From Antedon mediterranea (lineage: Eukaryota; Animalia; Echinodermata), in NCBI RefSeq assembly GCF_964355755.1, contig NC_092673.1, positions 8,122,001 through 8,186,000 of the forward strand: a stretch of 64,000 bases of DNA. Direction: 5' to 3'. Shown here piece by piece: positions 11,935-21,833 of the stretch; position 1 is the first letter of the stretch; every line of letters starts with the position of its first letter. The notes below the pieces were generated by a model that was not told the origin of the DNA, searched no databases, and was given only the letters and a program-made list of their open reading frames with translations. The translations under genes were made by a program, and so were the position numbers.

Positions 11935-14900
11935 GTATGTCTGCGTACAGTAATGTAGGCCTACTAGAGTAGAAAATTATAGAATGCCAACGCTGCCTCC
12001 GGCAGCAAACTTTATTCTATTCGGCTCTTTTAGCATTACGTTCGGCTCTCATTCGGCACATTTCCATTCGGCCCATTTACCATATTACGTTCGGCTCTTT
12101 TTTATTCGGCTCTAAATTTCTGCATTACATTCGGCTCTTTTTAAATCGTCCTTTTTTATACGGCACAATTAAAATCTAACCTTTGACATGGGGTCCAGGG
12201 GTAGCGCCAGGATCTTCTCGACGCGGGGGCTACATTCCCCGACGAGGGGGCTATGCGAGCGAAGCGAGCAACACAAGGCTGGGGGCCGCCAAGGGCCCCC
12301 GGTGGGGGTCCAGGGGGCGAAGCCCCCGGAAGCAACGCGTTCTAGCGTCATTTGAGGTCATTTTAATCAGATTTAGGGTAGCCATTTTTTCCATTTTTTA
12401 TAATGCATAAATAAAATACTGCGTGCAAAAAAACGATGCTCGATGACTGTTTCAATCCATATTTTTCAATTTAAAAAATAAAAGTTCAAAGAAAATTTAG
12501 AAAAATAGAGTTGGAGGTCCTGGACTTATTATACTTCAAAACATGAAACAAAATATATAAGTCCCTATCATGGTTGTGACTGAGCTAAGAAATGTTTGAA
12601 AAATAGAGATGTTAGGTCCCGGAAAATACACTTCTTGTACTTCGAAATATGATCAGCTTTATTGTTGGGGCTGAGCTAAGAAAATGTTTAAAACTAGAGC
12701 TGCAGGTCTTCAAAAAATTGCATTTTATACTTTGGAAACATCAGGCCCAGAGGCTTAAAAACGCAAGCGTAGACCTTTTTCAGTCGGGGAAATAAGTTTA
12801 TTCCTCCCAAGTGTATGCCTGCGTACCATCTGGACTTCCGAGTGGTGAGAAATTCATGACATACAGGACATTGAAAATTTAATAACTTAGCTATAATAAG
12901 ATGTTGGCTAAGCGAAAATGGCATGTTTTTTGTTTAGTAATAATAGAAGAAATATTTATTTTAGGTGCCCCACGGTACAGAAGGTTACTTGTAAATTAAA
13001 AAATTGGTGAACATACGAACAATTAACATAATTCGTTTTTGCTGTAGTGTAGCGTACGTCGACACAGTACACGACGTAACCGTCGGTAAACTTCCCCTGG
13101 AAAATAACTACACGGTACACATTTCGGTCCCTGGATGGAACATGATATCACGACCCAACGTTGAACGATTCGTACAAAGGGATACCGCCAGACAAGTGCG
13201 TACCTATAGCTATTGTTTAGTAGTAAGTTAGATCGCTGGCAATAATGAATGCATATAAAGTGCATAATATCACTCTGACGTACTCTCACGGTCAATGAAA
13301 CGTCGAGGTTTTCTAGGCGCTGAAGCTACGAAGTGAACGCGAACGAATTATATTCCCCGACAAAAAGTACTCGAACCGTCGGTAAACTTCGCATGGAAAA
13401 TAACTACATTACACATTTTGGTCCCTGGATGGAACTTGATATCACGCGTCTCGACCCAACGTTGAACAATTCGTACAAAGGGATACCGCCAGACAAGTGC
13501 GTACCTAGCTAATGTTTAGTAGTAAGTTAGATCGCTGGCAATAATGAATGCATATAAATTGCATAATAGCACTCTGACGTACTCTCACGGTCAATGAGAC
13601 GTCGCGGTTTTTTAGGCGCTGAAGCTACCAAGTGAACGCGAACGTTTTTTACTGTATATTATATTCCCCGACAAAAAGTACCCGTGTTCCCTTCGGTAAC
13701 CGTCGGTAAAACTTCGCCTGGAAAATAACTACATTACACATTTTGGTCCCTGGATGGAACATGATATCACGCGTCTCACCCAACGGTGAACGATTCGTAC
13801 AAAGGGATACCGCCAGACAAGTGCGTACCTATAGCTATTGTTTAGTAGTTAGATCTCTGGCAATAATGAATGCATAAAAGTGCATAATAGCCCTCTGACG
13901 TACTCTCACGGTCAATGGAACGTCGTGGTTTTCTAGGCGCTGAAGCTATATGAAGTGAACGCGAACGTTTTTTACTGTATGTTATATTCCCCGACAAAAA
14001 GTACCCGTGTTCCCCGACGGGGGGGCTAGGCTCCCCGACGAGGGGGCTAGAGCCCCCGTAGCCCCCCCGCTGGCGCCACCACTGATGGGGTCAAATGGAA
14101 GAAAATCAACGGCTTGAAATGAGTCTATCAAAAGTTCTTTCATAGACTCATTTCCAGCCGTTGATTTTCTTCTATTTGACCTCAGGTAAAAGGTTAGAAT
14201 TTAATTGCGCCGTATAAAAAAGGCCGATTTAAAAAAAAGAGCCGAACGTAATGGTAAATGGGCTGAATAAAAAACAGCCGAATGCTGAAAGAGCCGAACG
14301 TAATGGTAAATGGGCCGAATGCTGAAAGAGCTGAACGTAATGGTAAATGGGCCGAATAGAAATGCGGCAAATGCTGAAAGAGCCGAACGTAATGGTAAAT
14401 GGGCCGAATAGAAATGCACCGAATACTAAAAAAGCCGAACGTAATGCTAAAAGAGCCGAATAGAACTAAAGTTTGCTGCCAGAAGCAGCGATGGCGTTCC
14501 ATAGAAAATATGTACTTTAATTTATATTGACGGTGTGTGATCGTTTCGAAAATTTGTAAATTATTGTTGAATATATGACACGCCATGTGTGTCAAAGTTT
14601 TGCGCTAGTTTCCTATCAATGTGTCATCGCAACCAGCCTTGTATTTTGACTTTAAATTTGTTTAAAAAAAAGCAACAATAACAATAATAGTACAGTAGGG
14701 CTAAAACTAGGTGGAATGCGTAAACTTTAATGCATTTACACCTGGGAATATTTCCATTAAAAATTTTTGCATACCCATATGGCTAATTGAAATATAAATT
14801 GTGTAGCCAAGTACTCAACATTTTGATTAGCAATTTGTCATCGTGTATATTTTCGTTAACGCATTTGAACAGATTTTATGCATTTATTAACCAATTTGAC

Positions 14901-17160
14901 ATGTTTTAAATTCATCTCAAAATATCTTACACAATCGGAAAGAATTTCACACGTTTTAAAGATATTTTATGCGTTTTTTTAACACATTTGACGAGTTATT
15001 AACGCATTTAACACAATTTAACGAAAGTAACACAATTTGACGCATTTTAAAATCATAAAATACCTCACGTAATCGGCATTTTAATGTAACCACCAGATGT
15101 GCTTCACGTATTCTAGTCAACTTTTGCCGATACGCAGTTTCGCGTTTTATAAATATTTTTTTCATTAGAATTCGGGACAATAATCGCAATTAAATCAAAA
15201 CAGTTGACATGACAGGTATGGTACTGTAACTAATATGCCTCAATTAGCCCAATTTTGCGATACGGTTCTGCATTTGCATTGCAACTTCTGTTTATTGTGT
15301 AACGATACTGGGGAAAATATTCCCTGATTTATTGTTGAAATACATAAGTTTAATTTCAATATGTTTTATTTTCAATAAAAATGCTGTAATATGTTACTGC
15401 TGATACCATTCTGTTTTTTCAAAGAATATTAATCGATCCTAAATAAGCATCACTACCCTAGCCTAGGCCTAGTCCATCAGGCATCCTACTGGGGATATTA
15501 TGATGAATTTGTCAATTTTATTCTGAAAGTTAACAAAACTGTGTACATTATTAACAGTTACCGTTAATTTCTAACCCTGATAAAAGAGGAATCCCCCGAA
15601 AATGCAGCAACATGATGCGCTACAGTATTCGATAAAGGAAAATTTAGTTATTGTTTATTTTATTATTAGTGTTATAAAAAATGTCACCATTTTACATACG
15701 TCGTGTTATAAAAAAGGGAAATCCCAGGACTCTTTGGTCAGCGCAGTAGCTTGAAGGCTAACTCTATTTTTAGTCGCGTGCAACGCGACTCTACAGCTCA
15801 CTATGTCTGTCGGTTGGTCGGTCGGTAAACACTAACTTGAGCACGCGGCTGCAGCCATGTATATGGCCTTGTTACTCTCTACTTTAGGCCTATACCACCA
15901 CTTAATGTTCGTCTTCTGCTGGCAAGATGAGTTAGACATCGCAGCTGCTACATATATATAGTATAGGATTCAAATTTCACAGGAAAATCCTTAAATCTTT
16001 TTAAATTGTTATTTTAAGCTTTGGCTAACACTATCTAATATGCCTATACCAATATGTATAGAGACTTCAGATGTTAGCATGTTTTGCATTTAAAACTGAA
16101 CCGAAACCTCTTTTATTTACTACAGGTGCAAATGTACAAAGTGTGTAGTTGCAACAAAAGCAAGAGAATCGCATTGCTGTGCAGATACCGTAGAGATCCT
16201 TGAAAAAATGGAAGAGACGGAACAACATCTGACCTGTGTGACCTTTCACAAAGCATTTCTGGCCAACTGTTTGGACAAAGATGTCTTAGAGGTTTCATTT
16301 TGGCATCATGTACAAGGAAAAGCGTGTTTATTTCCTGGTGACTGTGCTGTGAACAAGTATGTTTTCAAGGGAATGTGTTCTTTTAATGACTTTTGACTCA
16401 GTAATGTTTTTTCGGTTTAACATTTTTAACATTGGATAATAGCTAAGACCTCAATTTAAACTTGAGTTTAAATTGAGGTCTTAGCTATTTGCATTGCAGT
16501 TTTGTTTTGCATTCAAACGCAACAATTTTCCGATATACCATTGTTAAGTGTTGTAAGATGGGAAGATATTTTTCTCGCAGGGTGAACATTTGTAGCAATC
16601 TGGAGGCATAAATAAGAGAGTTATACAAGCACTTTAACATTGGTTGTAAGATTTCGATCAGCATAACTCCATTCTATGTATGCATAACTCTAAAAAGTGT
16701 AAACATCACTATTATGATTACTGTATAATGATGATGGTGATGATGATGATAATAATTCGGGCTGTTTAGGGCCTTATGCAAAAGCCTCAATGCGTTTTAA
16801 CAGTAAAAATAAAATGCCAGAAATGTGAGTAGGAAAACAATTCCAAGAAATAATAGTGCCTTTCTCCACTTAGCACAATTCACTACTAGCACTGACACTC
16901 GTTGAGATAGCTTAAGTTCAGCACTGTATATCCTGTTCCTGTTTTTGGTTTAATTAGAAATACATTTTCTCCGCAATGTGTTTTTCAGGTTGTTTCAGAA
17001 AATTGCCTACCAGAGATTTGCAACATGGATATGGAAACTGCAGCGCAAACGAAAAAGACATGTATTGCCGTCTTGTGTGGTGGCAGTGATTAAAGAGCAA
17101 TTTCCATCAGATCCTGCTGATTTTAAATATCCCAAAATTCCTAAAGACTATACTTATTAG
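11630..17160 (+). CDS. Three-exon gene, 235 aa: acidic N-terminus plus stand-alone P2X7 C-terminal 'ballast' (nanor/KolX-like) Cys-rich domain
   Basis: Exons 11630-11934, 16126-16356, 16989-17160 with GT-AG junctions (phase 2, 2) give 708 nt in frame. Motifs QPYMYEP, RVGNTNWCKCTKC..E..CC, C.T.H..F...CL...VL, AYQRF..WIW...R.VLPSCVV..I...FP. Confidence 0.85.
12196..14084 (+). mobile_element. Non-autonomous hAT-type element
   Basis: 15-bp TIR caggggtagcgccag / ctggcgccaccactg (13/15), perfect 8-bp TSD atggggtc (12188-12195, 14085-14092), GC-rich subterminal blocks. Confidence 0.85.
13078..14015. repeat. Three tandem copies of a roughly 300-320 bp unit inside the hAT element
   Basis: Unit starting aaccgtcggtaaacttc recurs at about 13078, 13375 and 13698. 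Confidence 0.9.
15767..15873 (+). mobile_element. Minimal HINE/DINE-like element
   Basis: tttttagtcgcgtgcaacgcgactcta...cactatgtc(gtcg)n...gcacgcggct...ggccttgtt; same ends as the larger copies. Confidence 0.75.
16126..16356 (+). CDS. Ballast-domain gene exon 2
   Basis: tacag acceptor; CKCTKC...SHCC...CVTFHKAFLANCL; donor gtatgt at 16357. Confidence 0.85.
16438..16489. repeat. Perfect 25-bp inverted repeat with 2-nt spacer
   Basis: aatagctaagacctcaatttaaact-tg-agtttaaattgaggtcttagctatt. Confidence 0.9.
16989..17160 (+). CDS. Ballast-domain gene exon 3
   Basis: tttttcag acceptor; AYQRFATWIW...LPSCVV...FPS; TAG stop. Confidence 0.85.
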
Positions 17161-17980
17161 TTAAAGAACATATAGAGTAGCTGAATCAGCTTTATATTTT
17201 TAGAAAAATAAGTAGTTTTAAAGTTGTTAACATTTTACCACTAAATGTCATCTGAATACTATTAGCATTTAGTTTTGAATCTGGTGGTGCATGAACTTAA
17301 AAAATGTTAAAGTGGAAAATTATTACTGTACTTTTTTGTATAAGGAACAAATAATATAAATACCTTAACATTGAAAAGGTTAACTACAGAATGTCAATAA
17401 ATTGTTTTGTAACAAATAAAAGTTTTACAGAAAAATGAGTTATTCAGTAATTCTTGTGCAATTATCCATTTATTGACTGTCGCCATACGTTACAATATTG
17501 TCACAGTACAGTTTTTTTCAGTCAACTGAAACTAGTTAAAAGGCTATTAATAAATTTAGAAAAATCATTATATTTGTTAAATCAGTATTAAGGTTACACA
17601 ACCAAACTATATTTAAAGAAATAAATAATGTTAACTACTAAGCTAAAACTTATTAATTATATTTAATGTATTAAATGAATAATTATCAATAACAAATAAC
17701 AAAAATGATAGGAGACAATTTTCAAAAGCCGGCGAGCAGTCTTAAAGTAAAAAGTAAACTGAAATTGCATTTTCTCAACTACTTGTCCAAATAACTTAAT
17801 TTGTATGTACAAGAGGCAAGAGTTATAATTCGTGATTTGTAAGTTTAAAAACAAAATTTGATTTAATGTACAGCTATTTTTTTATGAGTAGTTTTAAAAA
17901 TCTTATTTATTTTCAAATTCACCCCCTTGTTTTTGGTGTTGCTGTTCTATTGTTATTCAAAATAATAGTTGATAATTAAT

Positions 17981-18857
17981 TTTTGCACGCGACTCTATTA
18001 TAGCTCACTATGTCGGTTGGTCGATAAACAATCTCATACAAACTCATATTCATATTTTTTCGTTATGTTGACACTGGATATTAATACTTAAACATTTGTC
18101 AACATTTTTTAATATTTTCAGCAATTTCGGTTGGTCGGTCGGTAAACACTAACTCATTCATGTTTTTTCGTTATTTTGACAGTGGATATTATTACTTGGA
18201 GGCAAATATAAATGTTTTTAAAAATGTGTCAACATTTTCAGAAATTTCGGTCGGTTGGTCGGTCGGTAAACACTAACTCATATTCATATTTTTTTTAGTT
18301 ATTTTGACAGTGGATATTAATACTTGGAGGCAAATAGGCTATAAATGTTTTTAAATATTTCCAACATTTTTTAAAACATTTTCAACAATTTCGGTCGGTT
18401 GGTCCGTCTGTCGGTAAACACTAACTCATATTCATATTTTTTTTTCGTTATTTTGACAGTGGATATTAATATTTGGAGGCAAATATTATATAAATGTTTT
18501 TAAACATTTTTCGACAATAACATTTTCAGTAATTTCGGTCGGTCGGTCGGTCGGTAAACACTAACTCATATTCATTTTTTTTTCAGTTATTTTGACAGTG
18601 GATATTAATATTTGGAGGCAAATATTATATAAATGTTTTTAAACATTTTTCGACATTTTTTAACATTTTCAGTCGGTTGGTCGGTCGGTAAACACTAACT
18701 CATATTCATTTTTTTTTTTTCGTTATTTTAACAGTGGATATTAATACTTGGAGGCAAATATAAATGTTTTTAAAAACTTTTCAACATTTTGTCGGTCGGT
18801 CGGTCGGTCTGTCAGTAAATACTAACTCAAATTTGCGGACGCGACTGCAGCCTTGTT
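17981..18857 (+). mobile_element. HINE-like element with an internal tandem array (about 6 units of 110-140 bp)
   Basis: 5' gcacgcgactcta...cactatgtcgg; repeated ggtcggtaaacactaactcat...gacagtggatattaa...aacatttt unit; 3' acgcgactgcagccttgtt. Confidence 0.8.
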
Positions 18858-20396
18858 GAGTACCATTATTATGTGTCATTCCCTATTTCATTCTGTACAT
18901 AGGTATATACTTACAGTAATTTATTATTGGTCACGTCACAAAAGCTTATTTTTTCCATATGATATCTATTAAATAGTTAAATAGCACACCTTCTGTCTTC
19001 TTTTAACATGGACATAATCTTTAAATGGACATTATTATTAGTCAACTGGTGGAGCGGTTAAGCTTATCTTCGTATAACACAAGAGCATCACGGGACCTTC
19101 ATCTTCCTCAACCTAAATAGTCCAGTCCCTAAGGGGAGAAAAAGGGGTGGGATGTTACCAGACTGGATACAAATTTTTCAATATAGCAGTTTGGTAGAGT
19201 ATAGTGTGGAGATGCCAAAACAAAGTTACTGGAAATCTGATTTGACCTCTGTGACCTCTGACCTCAATTTTTATATTTTTCTATTATATAACTAAAAATC
19301 GCCATATCTTGACAACGCAGGGACATTTTACATTTATTTTTTTTTCAAAATGCTTGGAAGATATATATTTATATTCGCTATAATGAAAAAAATTGTACAA
19401 AAATGGCCGCAAAGGCTTTATTTTTCAGTTTAACCTTTGACCTTGATTGCCTAATATCTCAATAACACGCAATCTCGGAGATTTGAGAATGGGCTCAAAA
19501 TGTTAAGAAAATAAATCTAATATTTAGTCTAATAGAAACTTTTTTCAAAATATTACCATAAATTAAGCTTTTTTGACCCTTGACCTCTAATGTTTGAATA
19601 TGTCAATATCTCGGTAACTATTTGTCCTAAAAAGTTCAGTTTGGTGTCAAATTGTTTAGAATATACACATTTATATTTGCTCTAACAAAATATTTTGTCA
19701 GAATTCAATTGGAAATGTCATTTTCAGCTATGACCCATCGTTTTGCATATATTTAGCAATTTATAATCTATAAAAAGAGATCGAGAGAGGGGAGGGGGTT
19801 GGGGTGGATGGAGAGACACATATTTTTGTTAGATGTTACACAAAATGTTAAACTCTGTCTACACTATAACATTTTTATGCGACAAAAAAAATGTGATGTG
19901 CCTATATATGGACACGATGAATGACATATCACTACCATATTTGGGCACATCACACCTTTTTTGTTAAACTCTCCATCAACCCAACCACCTCCCCCTTTCT
20001 TGCTTTTCCAATGCTACTGCATGCATCTATACACATCAAAATGGCCGGAATTGTACTGGAAAGTTTTTAGTCCCAGAGGATGGGTGTATTGTAATGTTAT
20101 CAGAATTATGGCAATTGTTTGTAATGGGAATCCGAAAGTTTTAAAACTACATTTGAAATATTTGCTAATAATATCACATGCTATTAAAGATATACTTATT
20201 TTCCCCCTGACAAAAGTAATTTTGACAAATATTTTTGTTGAATATGCAATTTTAATGTCACACATAATAGTTTCACCAAAATTGGATTGAAAAAAAAATG
20301 ATATAGTGCATACCCAAAAAAACTGTAATTCAAAGCAAAAAATAGGCTGGAAGTCAATGTGATTTTAGATAAATTAACTGTTTATTTTGTCTTTAA

Positions 20397-20990
20397 AGCT
20401 CAGGTACAGGCATGAATTTTAAATATAATATCTGGTTAATTGTACATAAATCAAGTATTTGTAAAAGGAATCAAGACGAAAAAACATAAATTTCCCTTAA
20501 AATGGTCAAATACAAAATTTTGCAAAATTCTGCTATAAAAACAAGGAAGACTTTTTTTCAGTAGTTAGGTAGTTAACCTAATGTAATAACATGTATGGTG
20601 ACTCCCTAGAAGGTGAAAAAAGATGGTGGATATACGGTGGATAATTTTTGCTATAGCATGAAAATAAAAATCTGAAGTTGAATAAAAATACCAGAAATAT
20701 AATATTCAAGTTATATTACCTATATTTAGTCATCTGATAACATTTTTTACCACACCGTTTGTTTTTCATAGCTTTTTAAAATGCCTCTCTATTTACAAAA
20801 TTTGTGTACAAAAGAATAGAGATTTTACTGTGTAATTTGAACTATCCCCCCACTGATAAGAAAGTGCTTGTTTTCTACAAGCTCGTGTAACACAAATAAA
20901 ATCTCAAAAATTATGAAACATAGGGGAAACTATAGATCGATAATTATTGGAATGTATGATCAATAGAATTTTTTTGCCCGCACCTGGCCT
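20397..20990 (-). mobile_element. Kolobok-like TTAA MITE, family A copy 2
   Basis: TTAA on both sides; empty site gtctttaaagtgat seen at 8321-8334 in the paralogous element confirms the TTAA duplication. Confidence 0.9.
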
Positions 20991-21010
20991 TTAAAGTGAT
21001 ATTTACTCTA

Positions 21011-21059
21011 TTTTTAGTCGCGTGGAAGCGACTCTATAGTTCACTATGTCGGTCGGTCG

Positions 21060-21090
<31 letters not shown>

Positions 21091-21833
21091 GGTCTGTCTG
21101 TCGGTCTGTCTGTCTGTCTGTCGGTCCGGTATCACTATGCGTTTTATCGCTTTATGACCTTATCTTGATATCAGTTTAATCTAGCTAAATCAATTTTTCA
21201 CAGAATATTCCTTATGGCCAGGAATCGATGTGGTTATGTTTTCACGGTGCGCAATAAAAAATTACGCGGTCTACGCACGATTTAACGAAATCACGTTTGT
21301 AATCATATCTTAACAACCATGAATCACAATTAAATAAAATTTGGTACTCATAAATTTCAGGGCATAAGTCATCATATGGCAATACAATTATGTGCGTAGC
21401 GCATGTAACGCATGCGTACGCGCGCCTAAAATTTTCAAAATTTATTTTCGATGAAATAAGAGTACGTTTCAGGCAATTTTAAGCGTTTACAAAATTGCCA
21501 TGAGTGCGCAGATTTTTGCGCGCGCACTACGCGTTAAATGTTATTGCGCACTCTTTTTGCCCGATTTCTGTTTTCTTGACTTACTTTTCAACTCGAAATT
21601 ACGTTATACGAGCACGTCAAAAGTGACAGGCTACGCACGTGTAAATTAAAAAAATATAAATGTTTTTAAACATTTCAACATTTTTAAACATGTTCAGTAA
21701 TTTCGGCCAGTATAGTTCACTATGTCGGTCGGTCCGTCTGTCTGTCGGTCTGTCTGTCTGTCGGTCTGTTTGTCTGTCGGTCCGGTATCACTATGCATTG
21801 TAGCACGCGACTTAATGGCTGTTGGCCTTGTTT
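21011..21833 (+). mobile_element. HINE/DINE-like element, copy 2
   Basis: subTIRs agtcgcgtg...cacgcgact, (gtct)n microsatellite, ends ggccttgttt; empty site tctattttttagatt at 8341-8355 shows insertion in a T run without a distinct TSD. Confidence 0.85.

Larger units (their letters stand above)
11980..14501. mobile_element. Palindromic foldback element (MULE/Foldback-like) split by a nested hAT insertion
   Basis: Left arm 11980-12195 and right arm 14178-14501 are inverted, with internal attcggctc/cattacgttcggc repeats; the central 14093-14178 is itself a hairpin; flanking direct repeat tagaaaat (11970-11977, 14502-14509). Confidence 0.75.

Noticed and set aside
14194-14595. 133-aa repetitive ORF
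   Set aside because: Lies in the tandem-repeat arm of the foldback element.
11630-17160. Calling this gene P2RX7
   Set aside because: No transmembrane helices or ATP-binding ectodomain; only the C-terminal domain is similar.
18010-18830. CRISPR-like repeat/spacer array (also considered for 13078-14015 and 63600-64000)
   Set aside because: The intervening sequences are copies of each other rather than unique spacers; eukaryotic context and no cas genes.
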